From positions 1-53,998 of the forward strand of contig CAYNRB010000001.1 in NCBI GenBank assembly GCA_964399475.1: DNA of 53,998 bases, read 5' to 3'. Origin of the DNA: an uncultured Methylomarinum sp. (lineage in GTDB: Bacteria > Pseudomonadota > Gammaproteobacteria > Methylococcales > Methylomonadaceae). The notes beneath the pieces are model-generated. The model was not told where the DNA came from and did not search any database. It worked only from the letters and a program-made list of their open reading frames with translations. Position numbers and translations under genes: made by a program. Position 1 is the first letter of the stretch, and every line of letters begins with the position of its first letter. Positions 19,805-30,553 of the stretch are shown here, piece by piece.

Positions 19805-20317
19805 TTGCCAGACAGCGAGTTTATAACTGCAGGTGAAATTTCTGGCGTTTTCGGTGTAAAAGGCTGGGTTAAAGTTTTTTCCTTTACTGATCCGAGAGAA
19901 AACATATTTGATTATTCTCCCTGGATCTTAAAAAGCAAAAATGCAACTCAAGTCGTTAAAGTCGTTAAAGGACAACGACAAGGCAAGGGACTGGTTGCCT
20001 GCTTAGACGGAGTTACTCATAGAGATGAGGCCGCTGCTTTTTGTGGCTATGAAATCCTTATCAGAAAAAACCAACTTCCTGAAACAGCAAAGGATGAATT
20101 TTACTGGTCTGATCTTATTGGTTTAAAGGTTGAAACAGATCAAGGTATTAAGCTAGGTATAGTTGATCACCTTATAGAAACGGGGGCAAATGATGTTCTG
20201 GCAATTAAGGATGATGAAAATATCGAACGATTAATTCCATTCTTGCAAGATCAAGTCATTAAAAAAATTGACCTTAACAAGAGTTTGATAATCGTTGACT
20301 GGGATCCAGATTTTTAA
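19805..20317 (+). CDS. rimM: 16S rRNA processing protein RimM
   Basis: 170 aa. Motifs GVFGVKGWVKVFSFTDPRENIFDY, FYWSDLIGLKV and LIPFLQDQVIKKIDL..IVDWDPDF. The track start is TTG. Position in rpsP-rimM-trmD-rplS is conserved. Confidence 0.93.
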   Translation: MPDSEFITAGEISGVFGVKGWVKVFSFTDPRENIFDYSPWILKSKNATQVVKVVKGQRQGKGLVACLDGVTHRDEAAAFCGYEILIRKNQLPETAKDEFYWSDLIGLKVETDQGIKLGIVDHLIETGANDVLAIKDDENIERLIPFLQDQVIKKIDLNKSLIIVDWDPDF

Positions 20318-20339
20318 TTAATCAGCTTCCGATAACTCT

Positions 20340-21095
20340 ATGCAATTTGATGTAGTCACACTTTTTCCAGAGATGATTCTGGGAGCTGCAAGCCATGGCG
20401 TAACTGGCAAAGCATTTGAAAAAAAGCAGGCTAAATTAACCACCTGGAACCCTAGAGATTATACCAACGATAAATATCAAACTGTTGATGATCGTCCCTA
20501 TGGTGGGGGGCCGGGAATGGTAATGAAATACCAGCCCTTATGTGATGCGGTCAATGCAGCAAAAGCAGCAAATAGAAATTTGAAAAGTCGGGTTATTTAT
20601 TTGAGCCCGCAAGGCAAGCCAATTACTCAGAAAATGTTAATTGAAGCCAGCCAAACTCAGACATCTCAGCTCATATTAGTAGCTGGTCGTTATGAAGGTA
20701 TTGATGAACGTTTCATTAATACTATATGTGATGAAGAATGGTCTTTGGGTGATTACGTTATCAGTGGTGGTGAATTAGCTGCTCTGGTTGTTATTGATGC
20801 AATAACCCGATTGATTCCGGGTGTTCTGGGCGACAAGGATTCTGCAAATCAGGATTCATTTATGCATGGTCTCTTAGACACACCTCATTACACACGACCA
20901 GAACAGGGGGCATTAGGATCGGCACCTGATGTACTATTGAGCGGACATCATAAGATGATTGAACGTTGGAGAATGAAACAGGCTTTAGGACGTACAGCAC
21001 TAAGAAGACCTGATTTATTAAAGAATAAAGAATTAAGCGCAGAACAGGAAGTTTTGCTGGAAGAATTTAAGAACGAGCTACAAAAAACGAATTAA
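20340..21095 (+). CDS. trmD: tRNA (guanine37-N1)-methyltransferase TrmD
   Basis: [12 protein letters not shown]..., [24 protein letters not shown] and [20 protein letters not shown] are TrmD signatures. Confidence 0.97.
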   Translation: MQFDVVTLFPEMILGAASHGVTGKAFEKKQAKLTTWNPRDYTNDKYQTVDDRPYGGGPGMVMKYQPLCDAVNAAKAANRNLKSRVIYLSPQGKPITQKMLIEASQTQTSQLILVAGRYEGIDERFINTICDEEWSLGDYVISGGELAALVVIDAITRLIPGVLGDKDSANQDSFMHGLLDTPHYTRPEQGALGSAPDVLLSGHHKMIERWRMKQALGRTALRRPDLLKNKELSAEQEVLLEEFKNELQKTN

Positions 21096-21196
21096 CTCAT
21101 TCAGGTTATTTAATACGCCCCAGAAAACAGGCGATTTTTTTTGATAGTAATCACTTAATATTCCGTATTATAAGTTTATGTATATAGGGCGTGGAA

Positions 21197-21544
21197 ATGA
21201 CAAATATTATTGATATAGTAAATGCGGAACAGCTGAAAACAGATGTTCCTACTTTTGGACCAGGTGACACTGTAGTTGTGCAGGTCAAGGTAAAGGAAGG
21301 AGATCGCGAGAGATTTCAGGCCTATGAAGGTGTAGTGATTGCAAAACGTAATCGTGGACTTAACTCTTCATTTACGGTTAGAAAAATATCCCATGGCGTA
21401 GGTGTAGAACGTGTTTTCCAAACACATAGCAAACAAGTTGGTGACATTACTGTTAAGCGACGTGGCGCAGTACGCAGAGCTAAACTGTATTATCTACGTA
21501 ATTTGACTGGAAGAGCTGCACGTATCAAAGAAAAACTGGGATAA
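21197..21544 (+). CDS. rplS: 50S ribosomal protein L19
   Basis: [55 protein letters not shown] is the L19 core. ATG 21197 is preferred over the GTG at 21191 in the track. Confidence 0.95.
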   Translation: MTNIIDIVNAEQLKTDVPTFGPGDTVVVQVKVKEGDRERFQAYEGVVIAKRNRGLNSSFTVRKISHGVGVERVFQTHSKQVGDITVKRRGAVRRAKLYYLRNLTGRAARIKEKLG

Positions 21545-21562
21545 TTTATTTTCCTTTAAAAA

Positions 21563-21590
21563 AAGGTAGCTTTTAAGTTGCCTTTTTTTT
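21563..21590 (+). terminator. Rho-independent terminator of the rpsP operon
   Basis: AAGGUAGC-uuuuaa-GUUGCCUU stem (includes G-U pairs) followed by a T6+ run, 19 nt after the rplS stop. Confidence 0.6.
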
Positions 21591-21846
21591 GGCTTTTTTT
21601 TAGTTTTCCAGAGATTCAGAACACCTGATCCCCTATAATAAAATCAATATCTTGTAGATGAATACAAGAACATAAAATGAGACCAAAAGGGAGGTTGAGT
21701 AAGATTTTTGAGCGTAGCAAGAAAACGTAACCCAATATTCATGGCATGATGGGTGGCTTTTATCGTTTACAATTCTTAGCCTCAGCCTTTTTTAGGTATC
21801 AAATACATTTCCGTGAATCAGGCGATCTAAAATTAAACTAGAACGC

Positions 21847-21936
21847 TTAGGAGTGGGAATTAAATAATATCCGAAAGCTTTTCTAATGCTTTAGTGCAAA
21901 TCAAGATTCGGATATTATCTAATCCTGTCCCCTTAA
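21847..21936 (+). repeat. truncated LHE copy (outer arms only, about 90 bp)
   Basis: TTAGGAGTGGGAATTAAATAATATCCGAAAG ... CAAGATTCGGATATTATCTAATCCTGTCCCCTTAA. Keeps the outer stem and the CAAGATT motif of the 23.3-kb and 30.4-kb copies but lacks the inner stem and loop. Confidence 0.7.
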
Positions 21937-22072
21937 CCCAAGCAGCCTCTAATAAATTCAATCCCAATACATTTGATATTATCAATAAAGCAATGGGAAT
22001 TGATTTACTACTAGCGAAAAAGAACAAACAACTGCGTTATAATACACAAGTTTTTTCAAACCCTACTCCCAA

Positions 22073-22960
22073 ATGAAAACTTCTTTTCATCAGATAGATT
22101 TATTTTTGGATTCATTGTGGGCTGAATCTGGTTTAAGTAAAAATACTCTATTAGCCTATGGAAGTGATTTAACGATTTTTGCTAAATGGCTAAAAGAAAA
22201 ATCTTTATTTGAAGTCGATGAAAGTGATGTTGCATTATTCCTGGCAAGCAGATACAAACAAGGAATAGGTAGCCGCTCATCTGCCCGTATTTTATCTAGT
22301 TTGCGTCGTTTCTATGGTTATCTACATAGGGAAGCTTCTATTGAAATAGACCCCACACTTTTAATTGACTCACCCCATGTAGGAAAATTATTACCTGAAT
22401 CATTATCAGAAAACGATATTGATATATTGCTTGATGCACCTGAAACCACAGAATATCTGGGATTTAGAAACAAGACAATGCTAGAAATTCTTTATGCGAC
22501 AGGGCTGAGAGTATCTGAATTAGTGGGTCTAAAATTTGAACAAATAAATTTCAGACAGGGCTTTGTCAGGGTTTTAGGAAAAGGCAGCAAAGAAAGATTA
22601 GTCCCCATCGGTGAACAAGCAATGAGCTGGCTGACAGAATACATGGAAGGCGCACGAGAAAATATCTTAAAGGGCAAGCAAAGTGATTTTCTTTTTGTCA
22701 CTAAACGCGGTACAGGCATGACTCGCCAGGCATTTTGGCATATCATCAAAGGCTATGCTAAAAAAGCTGACATTAATAAACCGCTTTCTCCACACACTTT
22801 AAGGCATGCTTTTGCCACCCATATACTCAATCGTGGAGCTGACTTACGAGTAGTCCAATTATTATTAGGTCATTCAGACTTATCTACCACCCAGATTTAT
22901 ACGCATATCGCTCAAGAACGGTTAAAATCACTCCATAGTAAATTTCATCCCAGAGGTTAA
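22073..22960 (+). CDS. xerD: site-specific tyrosine recombinase XerD
   Basis: 295 aa. Motifs LEILYATGLRVSELVGL, HTLRHAFATHILNRGADLRVVQLLLGHSDLSTTQIYTH and the XerD-type N-terminus (LWAESGLSKNTLLAYGSDL). Confidence 0.9.
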   Translation: MKTSFHQIDLFLDSLWAESGLSKNTLLAYGSDLTIFAKWLKEKSLFEVDESDVALFLASRYKQGIGSRSSARILSSLRRFYGYLHREASIEIDPTLLIDSPHVGKLLPESLSENDIDILLDAPETTEYLGFRNKTMLEILYATGLRVSELVGLKFEQINFRQGFVRVLGKGSKERLVPIGEQAMSWLTEYMEGARENILKGKQSDFLFVTKRGTGMTRQAFWHIIKGYAKKADINKPLSPHTLRHAFATHILNRGADLRVVQLLLGHSDLSTTQIYTHIAQERLKSLHSKFHPRG

Positions 22961-23269
22961 TTCTGAATTTGCAACCCACTCACATTGCAGTGACTGACAA
23001 CCCCCCCCCAAAGTGATTATTTTTATGAGCCATTTTTATCCTCTTCGGAATTTTAAAAAATTGTTATAACATAGACCTCAATAATTGTTCTTTTATTTCT
23101 AACCCACACATATCATTGTGTTAGCCGAAACGAATCAATAATTATGTATATAAACATTAAAATAATAGTCGCGGACATCTAGAAATCAGTACCCATGCTC
23201 ATACGAAACCACTAAAGATCACATTTTATTCCCCAATATATCGACATTAACATCATGACAAACTAAACT

Positions 23270-23434
23270 TAGGAGTGAGGATTTAATAATATCCGAAAGT
23301 TTGGCGCAGGATTTTTGTCCGTCTTCTGTGTTGTAGAAATGAGCGCATAGCAGGCTACGTAACTATTTCTACAACACAGAAGACTGACAAAAAAACAAGT
23401 CAAGATTCGGATATTATTAAATCCTCGCTCCTTA
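23270..23434 (+). repeat. LHE copy 3 (variant B)
   Basis: Outer arms TTAGGAGTGAGGATTTAATAATATCCGAA / TTCGGATATTATTAAATCCTCGCTCCTTA. Same bulge motifs (GGCGCAGGATTTTTGT, ACAAAAAAACAAGTCAAGATT) and loop (GAGCGCATAGCAGGCTACGTAAC). A different, self-complementary inner stem (GTCTTCTGTGTTGTAGAAAT). Confidence 0.85.
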
Positions 23435-23522
23435 GCTCTACTGCTCCTAATATTTATTGGATCTAGTTTAGTTTTTAATATCAATTTCCCAAACGCCCTT
23501 TTGTACGAGGAATTAAAGTTAA

Positions 23523-24296
23523 ATGACACAAAATATTCACCCTACTGCCTCAATAGCGCCTGGCGTAATTTTGGGAGACAATGTAACAATAGGCGCTTTT
23601 GCAGTTATTGAAGAGAATGTTACCTTGGGAGCAAATTGTCAGTTAGGCGCACATGCTGTCATTCAACCCTATGTTAAAATGGGTGAAGGTAACATCTTAC
23701 ACCCTCATGCGGTATTGGGTGGCGCTCCTCAAGATACTAGTTTTAATGTAGCAACTGTATCATGGCTTGAGATAGGTGATAACAACGTATTTCGAGAGGG
23801 TTTTACAGCACATAGATCAGCAACTACAGAAGGTGCTACCAAAATAGGTTCCGACTGTTTTTTTATGAATAATAGCCATGTCGCACATGATTGCATTATA
23901 GGCAACCAAACTATTTTCGCTAATAATGTTGCTATCGGAGGTTTTGTAGAAATAGGCGATGCTGTATTCATGGGTGGTGCTGTTGTCGTCCATCAATTTT
24001 GTCGCATTGGATCCTATGCAATGGTGCAAGGTACCACGGGCTTAAATAAAGACGTGATCCCATTTATGTTAATTGGTGAAAGACCTCCCAAACATTATCG
24101 TTTAAATACGCTAGGCTTAAAGAGAGCTGGGATTACAGGACATAAATACAAAATACTGTCTTCTGCATTCAGATTGCTACGAAATAAAAACAGCATTGAT
24201 GAACTGGAACAAACTGAGGAAATAATATTTCTAAAAAAATGGTTGGCAGGCGAATCTAAAAGAGGCATTCACGGCTTTGTTGAGCTTAAAAAATAA
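23523..24296 (+). CDS. lpxA: acyl-ACP--UDP-N-acetylglucosamine O-acyltransferase LpxA
   Basis: 257 aa. Left-handed beta-helix hexapeptide repeats (IHPTASIAPGVILGDNVTIGAFAVIEENVTLG...), then GGAPQD, NNSHVAHDCIIG and the C-terminal LpxA helical domain (NTLGLKRAGI). Confidence 0.85.
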   Translation: MTQNIHPTASIAPGVILGDNVTIGAFAVIEENVTLGANCQLGAHAVIQPYVKMGEGNILHPHAVLGGAPQDTSFNVATVSWLEIGDNNVFREGFTAHRSATTEGATKIGSDCFFMNNSHVAHDCIIGNQTIFANNVAIGGFVEIGDAVFMGGAVVVHQFCRIGSYAMVQGTTGLNKDVIPFMLIGERPPKHYRLNTLGLKRAGITGHKYKILSSAFRLLRNKNSIDELEQTEEIIFLKKWLAGESKRGIHGFVELKK

Positions 24297-24403
24297 GCCT
24301 GAGAAATACTTTCTTAGAACATAAAAATCGAAGAAAGCAGCTAAAATATAGGGAAATGAAGCCTGCTCAAAAATCACCTTCAGGTATAAATTAAAGGTAA
24401 TAT

Positions 24404-25159
24404 ATGAAACAATCTATTATATATGCGTTAGACTTTGACGGCGTGATTTGTGATAGCGCGTTAGAAACGGGTATTTCAGGTTGGAAAGCAGCCATTCAAA
24501 TATGGGATGACTTTCCTGGAGATTTACCATCAGAACAAATAATAGATAGTTTTCGTCAGATACGTCCCATTATGGGAACGGGTTACGAAGCTATATTAAT
24601 TGTTAGATTATTAAATGATGGTGTATCCGTTCAATCAATTATCAATAATTTTCATATTAAGAAAAATGATGTGATTAAAAATTCAAATCTACAAATCAAT
24701 GCACTAAAAACACTGTTTGGCGAAACCAGAGATCACTGGATTAAAGCAGATCTAGATGACTGGGTAAGGAAAAACCCTTTATTTCCAGGTGTTGCAGAAA
24801 AATTACAACATCTTTCTGCTGAAAACTTGTGGTACATCGTTACCACAAAACAGGAACGTTTCGTTAAACAGATACTTAATGCCAATCAAGTGCAATTAGC
24901 AGATGATTGTATTTTTGGATTAGATCAAAATAAGAGCAAGGAAGCCATTTTAATAGAATTAATAAAAAAACATACCACAGAAGATATTTATTTTGTTGAG
25001 GACATGCTTTCTTCTTTATTAAAAGTATTAAATAACAGTCAACTGGATTCAGTTAAATTAATTTTGGCTTCATGGGGCTATAACACAGAAGAAGACAAAT
25101 TAAAGGCAAAAAACAATTCAATTAAATTAATTGATTTTGATAGTTTCTTAACTGATTAA
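24404..25159 (+). CDS. HAD-superfamily hydrolase
   Basis: 251 aa. Motif I is ALDFDGVICDS, and a late acidic motif (YFVEDM) is consistent with HAD motif IV. Confidence 0.6.
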   Translation: MKQSIIYALDFDGVICDSALETGISGWKAAIQIWDDFPGDLPSEQIIDSFRQIRPIMGTGYEAILIVRLLNDGVSVQSIINNFHIKKNDVIKNSNLQINALKTLFGETRDHWIKADLDDWVRKNPLFPGVAEKLQHLSAENLWYIVTTKQERFVKQILNANQVQLADDCIFGLDQNKSKEAILIELIKKHTTEDIYFVEDMLSSLLKVLNNSQLDSVKLILASWGYNTEEDKLKAKNNSIKLIDFDSFLTD

Positions 25160-25281
25160 GACTACACAGGGACAATAAATTAGAAATCTAAAAGCATGTA
25201 AATTAATACGCATGCTCAGCCTAGATACATCCTTGTATATTAAAACCAGCTGAAAACGAACAGTACCGTATTGAAGTCTTT

Positions 25282-26259
25282 TTAAAACAAATGCTTTATT
25301 GCATCTCTTTCTTCTATTAATTCAGCTTCTGTACTTCGTAATTTCTCACGACTAAATTCATTAATGTCCAGACCCAGTACAATTTTTATCTGCCCCTCAG
25401 AAACAGTGACTGGAAAGGAAAATATCAAGCCTTTTTCAATGCCATAACTTCCATCAGAAACGATGGCCATGCTCACCCAATCACCTTCATCAGTTCCTAA
25501 AGCCCAAGTTTTCATATGACATAAAGCAGCATTAGCTGCTGATGCTGCACTGGACTGACCTCTAGCCTTTATGATTTTTCCCCCTCTTTGCTGTACGGTA
25601 GGAATAAAATAGTCCTCAAACCAGTCAGATCCCACTAAATCCAAAGCATCCTGACCTTTTACCTTGGCATAATGTAAATCTGGATATTGTGTAGAGGAAT
25701 GATTCCCCCAAACAATCACATTTTTAATATCACTGGCAATGACACCCGCTTTCTCTGCTAATTGTGTTATAGAGCGATTATGATCCAGACGCGTCATGGC
25801 AGAAAAGCATCCAGAACTTAAATCAGGGGCATTATTCATTGCAATCAATGCATTAGTATTGGCAGGGTTTCCAGTGACCAATACCTTTACATTTCGATGT
25901 GCGACTTCATTTAACGCCTTACCCTGAGTAGAAAAAATTTCTGCATTACATAACAGCAAATCCTTTCGCTCCATACCAGGACCGCGTGGTCTTGCACCGA
26001 CTAAAAAAGCATAATCAACATTTTTAAATGCCACTTTGGGATCATCAGTCATGACTATTTTATGTAATAACGGATAAGCACAATCATTCAATTCCATTTC
26101 CACACCCTTTAAAGCATCCATGGCCGGTGGAATTTCCAGTAAATGTAAGATGACGGGTTGATCTGAACCCAGCAACTCTCCAGCAGCCAGACGAAATAGC
26201 AATGAATAGCTGATCTGACCCGCCGCACCAGTGACAGCAATATCTATGGGTGTTTTCAT
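25282..26259 (-). CDS. mdh: malate dehydrogenase (NAD-dependent, long 'cytosolic/Thermus' type)
   Basis: 325 aa. Motifs [53 protein letters not shown] and [13 protein letters not shown]. Confidence 0.93.
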   Translation of the reverse strand: MKTPIDIAVTGAAGQISYSLLFRLAAGELLGSDQPVILHLLEIPPAMDALKGVEMELNDCAYPLLHKIVMTDDPKVAFKNVDYAFLVGARPRGPGMERKDLLLCNAEIFSTQGKALNEVAHRNVKVLVTGNPANTNALIAMNNAPDLSSGCFSAMTRLDHNRSITQLAEKAGVIASDIKNVIVWGNHSSTQYPDLHYAKVKGQDALDLVGSDWFEDYFIPTVQQRGGKIIKARGQSSAASAANAALCHMKTWALGTDEGDWVSMAIVSDGSYGIEKGLIFSFPVTVSEGQIKIVLGLDINEFSREKLRSTEAELIEERDAIKHLF

Positions 26260-26674
26260 TTGTTTTCCTTATAAAACATGTTTCTTTTCAAAGCGTATTA
26301 ATATATCGAATAAACTATAAATCAATCAACATACGCTAAAAAGTCATAATTAAAGCGATGAATAAAATAAGGTATAATAACGCGAATTTAACATATAATC
26401 AGACATTTTGGAATGGTATATTAGCTTGTTATATTAATAATAGTAGAAAAAAAACAACAATAGTTAAGCCTTATAAGATTGTTATTGCTTAGGACAAGTC
26501 TGTAGCAAGATTTTTTCCATTGCTTCACCTCTAGAAAGCTAAACGCCTAAACCAAATTATAAACGTGCAGAACACAATCTCGCCAATTGGCTTGGCATAA
26601 AACATTTAGAATCGCTAAAGCTATTCTAATTATGCACGCCCTATATGCACTCCAATACTTTTAAAGATTCAAGA

Positions 26675-27532
26675 ATGAAAAAATTGTTATTCCAGTTTGA
26701 TACAGATATTTCACCCTCTTCATTCGATACTGTAGTTGCCTACGATGGAGGTGCAGATCACGTAATACCTCACGGTGGATTAACAACCAAAAACATCTCT
26801 TCATTGGTTGAAGGTACAATTTTCACTAGAGCTCCCAAAAACAAAAAGAATACAGCCATTTTTATCGGTGGTAGTAATATGCTAGCAGGTCAAGCTCTAC
26901 TTTTTGCCGTACAAAAATGTTTTTTTCCAGGCTTTCAGGTCTCTGTAATGCTAGATAGTAACGGCTGTAACACTACTTCAGCCTCAGCAGTGGCAAAAAT
27001 AGCTAGTAGCACTTCAATAGCTGGAAAAAAAGTCGTTATTCTTGCAGGAACAGGCCCAGTTGGTCAACGTGCGGCTGCCATGTTTGCTCAGGATGGAGCA
27101 GATGTATCAATTACTTCCCGAGAATTATCTAGTGCAGAATTAGCCTGCGCAGCAATAAAAGCACGATTTAGAGTTGAAGTAACGGCTATTGAAGCATCCG
27201 ACTGTAATGCTCGAGGAAATGTCATCCAGGATGCTAATATTGTTCTTGCTACTGGTGCAGCGGGCATTCCGTTACTCAATGCAGAACACTGGGAAAACAA
27301 CTCCAATTTGGAAGTTATTGCAGATGCTAATGCCACCCCACCATTAGGCATCGGTGGTACAGAAATGCTTGATAAAGGGTTAGATCGTCATGGCAAAAAA
27401 GTTTGGGGGGCAATCGGATTCGGCCCACTTAAACTAGCACTACACCGCGCCTGTATTGCCAAGTTATTTGAAAATAACACGCAAGTTTTTGATGCCGAAC
27501 TTATCTTTAAACTAGCCAAAAAAATGGCTTAA
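26675..27532 (+). CDS. mtdA: NADP-dependent methylene-tetrahydromethanopterin / methylene-tetrahydrofolate dehydrogenase MtdA
   Basis: From MKKLLFQFDTD the protein tracks my recollection of Methylobacterium MtdA along its length (SVFDVVVGYDGGADH, MLDSNG.NTT, LAGTGPVG, NA.PPLGIGG, LKL.LHRACIAKLFE...VFDAE.I.KLAK.MA). ATG 26675 is preferred to the track start at 26645. Confidence 0.9.
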   Translation: MKKLLFQFDTDISPSSFDTVVAYDGGADHVIPHGGLTTKNISSLVEGTIFTRAPKNKKNTAIFIGGSNMLAGQALLFAVQKCFFPGFQVSVMLDSNGCNTTSASAVAKIASSTSIAGKKVVILAGTGPVGQRAAAMFAQDGADVSITSRELSSAELACAAIKARFRVEVTAIEASDCNARGNVIQDANIVLATGAAGIPLLNAEHWENNSNLEVIADANATPPLGIGGTEMLDKGLDRHGKKVWGAIGFGPLKLALHRACIAKLFENNTQVFDAELIFKLAKKMA

Positions 27533-27548
27533 CCAACCTTCATTTATT

Positions 27549-28913
27549 ATGGGATTATCACTTAAAAATATTCGTCAGCATGCCATCAGTATTTTTCAGA
27601 ATGGAATTGATGCAGCAGACCCGTATCAAGCCGTTAAAAACTGTTTGACGGTAGCTGAAAATCATTTTGAAATAGCTTTAAATTTAAGTGATAAATCAAA
27701 AATACTTTGCGGAAGATGGTCAAAAATACATGTTATTGCATTTGGAAAAGCGGCATATAAAATGACCAAAGCAGTCACGGAACTCATTCCTAAACATCGT
27801 TTAGCAGGCATGCCATTAGCCATTACCAATTATGAGAATGCGCAAACCGCAACTGATTTTAAAGTCATTCTAGCGGGTCACCCTAGTCCAGATAACGCGG
27901 GTCTAGAAGCGGCTCAATTACTCATCAAGAAGCTTAATAACACAGAGAGTAATGAATTAGTACTGGTACTTATTTCGGGAGGCGGTTCGGCACTGATACC
28001 CTATCCTGCTTTTGGTATTACCTTGGAAGATAAGCAAATCACCACTAATTTATTGTTGGCTAGCGGAGCTGACATACAACAAATCAACTGTGTCAGGAAA
28101 CACCTCTCTCAAATTAAGGGAGGCAATTTAGCAAAATTGGCCACACCAGCAGATTTACATACTTTTATCTTGTCTGATGTTGTGGGCGATGATTTAAGCA
28201 CCATTGCAAGTGGCCCAACGGTTCCTGATGATTCTACCTTTGCCGAGGCAATAAAAATCCTAAAAGAAAAACATATTTGGGAAAAAACACCTCTTAATGT
28301 ACAAACATTACTAGAAAAAGGTGCCCAAGGGCATATCAAAGAAACGCCAAAACCTGGTCAATCCTTTTTCACAAAAAATACGCACACATTGGTTGGAAGT
28401 AACACTATCAGCCTTAACTCAATTATCAAAACTGCCCAAAAGCTTGGCTATGAAACTGACTTATACAGTCAGTCAGTTTCGGGTGAAGCCAGAGATTTTG
28501 CAGAACAATTAGTTGTTTATGCCAAAAGCCGAATAGAATCTGGCTTAAGCCAAGCGACAGCAATACTATCCGGCGGCGAAACAACGGTTACTCTCAAGGG
28601 AACCGGCAAAGGCGGACGAAACCAAGAAACAGCACTGGCTTTTGCAATTGCCGCAAAAAAACATAAACTAAAGGGGAAATGGACATTTCTTAGTGGCGGC
28701 TCGGATGGAATTGATGGCCCAACAGATGCTGCGGGTGGAATAGTTGACTCAGGCACACTCAAGCGAATGAAAATAGCTAAAGCAAACCCCAAAAACAGAT
28801 TAAAAAATAACGATTCATATACAGCCTTAAAAAAATCAGAGGATCTTGTTATTACCGGATCAACCGGAACTAATGTTGCTGATTTTCAAATACTACTAAT
28901 CCAGCCAGAATAA
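27549..28913 (+). CDS. glycerate 2-kinase (DUF4147 + MOFRL family; also annotated hydroxypyruvate reductase/TtuD)
   Basis: 454 aa. Motifs [19 protein letters not shown] and [20 protein letters not shown]...[16 protein letters not shown]. Lies between mtdA and glyA. Confidence 0.85.
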   Translation: MGLSLKNIRQHAISIFQNGIDAADPYQAVKNCLTVAENHFEIALNLSDKSKILCGRWSKIHVIAFGKAAYKMTKAVTELIPKHRLAGMPLAITNYENAQTATDFKVILAGHPSPDNAGLEAAQLLIKKLNNTESNELVLVLISGGGSALIPYPAFGITLEDKQITTNLLLASGADIQQINCVRKHLSQIKGGNLAKLATPADLHTFILSDVVGDDLSTIASGPTVPDDSTFAEAIKILKEKHIWEKTPLNVQTLLEKGAQGHIKETPKPGQSFFTKNTHTLVGSNTISLNSIIKTAQKLGYETDLYSQSVSGEARDFAEQLVVYAKSRIESGLSQATAILSGGETTVTLKGTGKGGRNQETALAFAIAAKKHKLKGKWTFLSGGSDGIDGPTDAAGGIVDSGTLKRMKIAKANPKNRLKNNDSYTALKKSEDLVITGSTGTNVADFQILLIQPE

Positions 28914-28929
28914 CCTATCAGGAGATATA

Positions 28930-30186
28930 ATGTTTAAAAAGTCCATGACCATAGCGGGTTTTGATAATGAATTATTTCAAGCCATGGAAGACGAACGTCA
29001 GCGCCAGGAAGACCATATTGAGCTAATTGCATCAGAAAACTATACTAGCCCTCGTGTTATGGAAGCGCAAGGCTCGCAATTGACCAATAAATATGCCGAA
29101 GGCTATCCGTCAAAACGTTATTATGGTGGCTGTGAGTTTGTAGATAAAGCTGAGCAATTAGCCATCGACCGTGTTAAAGAGTTGTACGGTGCAGACTATG
29201 CCAATGTGCAACCTCATTCCGGTTCACAAGCGAATATGGCTGTATACATGGCATTAGTTCAACCGGGAGATACTATTCTTGGTTTAAGTTTGGCTGATGG
29301 TGGTCACTTAACTCATGGCGCCAAACCTAATTTTTCTGGTAAAATCTACAATTCCATTCAGTATGGACTCCATCCTGATACAGGTGAAATTGATTATGAT
29401 CAAGTGGAAGCCTTAGCACTAGAGCATAAACCAAAAATGATTGTTGCCGGGTTTTCTGCCTATTCAAGAATTTGCGATTGGCAACGTTTTAGGGACATTG
29501 CTGACAAAGTAGGGGCTTATCTTTTTGTTGATATGGCGCATGTTGCTGGATTAATTGCAGCCGGTATATACCCTAACCCCGTTCCTTTTGCAGATGTTGT
29601 TACCAGCACAACGCATAAATCATTACGTGGCCCCAGAGGCGGCTTTATTATTTGTAAAAGCAACCCTGAATTAGAGAAAAAATTTAACTCCAATATTTTT
29701 CCAGGTATTCAGGGCGGCCCATTGATGCATGTCATTGCAGCCAAAGCTGTTGCTTTTAAAGAAGCTATGTTGCCAGAATTTGCACAATATCAGCAACAAG
29801 TAGTCCTTAATGCCCAGGCTATGGCCAGTGTTTTCATCAATCGTGGATTTGATGTCGTTTCGGGTGGCACTGACAATCACCTCATGTTGGTTTCCTTAAT
29901 ACCTAAAGGTATAACGGGAAAAGCGGCTGATGCTGCCCTAGGTAAAGCTCATATTACTGTCAATAAAAATGCTGTTCCTAACGACCCCGAATCACCTTTT
30001 GTTACCAGTGGAATTCGAGTGGGAACCCCAGCTCCAACATCACGAGGCTTTAAAGTCCCTCAGGTGACAGAAATCGCAAATATGATGTGTGATGTAATGG
30101 AAAATATGGACGATGAAAAAGTAATTTCTGCAGTACGTGACAAGGTTAGCCTGCTTTGTTCTCGCTTCCCTGTATACAGTGATTAA
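28930..30186 (+). CDS. glyA: serine hydroxymethyltransferase
   Basis: 418 aa. Motifs [44 protein letters not shown] and [14 protein letters not shown] (PLP Lys). Confidence 0.97.
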   Translation: MFKKSMTIAGFDNELFQAMEDERQRQEDHIELIASENYTSPRVMEAQGSQLTNKYAEGYPSKRYYGGCEFVDKAEQLAIDRVKELYGADYANVQPHSGSQANMAVYMALVQPGDTILGLSLADGGHLTHGAKPNFSGKIYNSIQYGLHPDTGEIDYDQVEALALEHKPKMIVAGFSAYSRICDWQRFRDIADKVGAYLFVDMAHVAGLIAAGIYPNPVPFADVVTSTTHKSLRGPRGGFIICKSNPELEKKFNSNIFPGIQGGPLMHVIAAKAVAFKEAMLPEFAQYQQQVVLNAQAMASVFINRGFDVVSGGTDNHLMLVSLIPKGITGKAADAALGKAHITVNKNAVPNDPESPFVTSGIRVGTPAPTSRGFKVPQVTEIANMMCDVMENMDDEKVISAVRDKVSLLCSRFPVYSD

Positions 30187-30214
30187 TCATCATTTTCGCT
30201 TACCTTCCGACAAT

Positions 30215-30236
30215 GTAGAGCGGACTTCAGTCCGCT
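30215..30236. repeat. short REP-like hairpin (GTAGAGCGGACTTCAGTCCGCT) 29 nt after the glyA stop
   Basis: Perfect 7-bp stem AGCGGAC/GTCCGCT with loop TTCA, followed by TTTCAATT. May act as a terminator or attenuator. Confidence 0.65.
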
Positions 30237-30388
30237 TTCAATTCACCATCATGGAAGACAATGTTCTGCATTACGAAAAACTAATAATAATGACAGAATG
30301 CACTGTATAGCAACCTGGATATTTATGAAAGATTCACAGGTTTATTATCACAAATTACCAAACTAATTTTACAGAACTACAAAACCTT

Positions 30389-30553
30389 TAAGGAGTGAGG
30401 ATTTAATAATATCCGAAAGTTTGGCGCAGGATTTTTGTTCGTCTTCAAGGCGTAGAAACGGGCGCATAGCGAGCTATGCAACTGTTTCTACAACGCAGAA
30501 GACGGACAAAAAGACAAGCCAAGATTCGGATATTATTAAATCCTCGCTCCTAA
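30389..30553 (+). repeat. LHE copy 4 (variant B, inner stem partly degraded)
   Basis: Outer arms identical to copy 3. Loop is GGGCGCATAGCGAGCTATGCAAC. The left inner arm carries mismatches. Confidence 0.85.

Noticed and set aside
23269-23529. 86-aa minus-strand ORF, together with the ORFs at 30421-30609, 30536-30772 and 21894-22076.
   Set aside because: Each overlaps a long-hairpin repeat element, and the reading frames are by-products of the palindromic repeats. Translations such as ...YALISTTQKTDKNP and ...YATVSTTQKTDKKT recur because the DNA repeat recurs, not because a protein is conserved.
25193-25216. AGCATG...CATGCT inverted repeat between the HAD hydrolase gene and mdh as a bidirectional terminator.
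   Set aside because: The stem is only 6 bp with a 12-nt loop and no flanking T/A runs. That is too weak to call.
26260-26674. Possible riboswitch (ZTP/THF type) or sigma-54 promoter upstream of mtdA-gck-glyA.
   Set aside because: I could not find the conserved ZTP (pfl) or THF motif cores. The TGGCAT at about 26601 lacks a GC dinucleotide at the -12 position. This needs a covariance-model scan rather than reading by eye.
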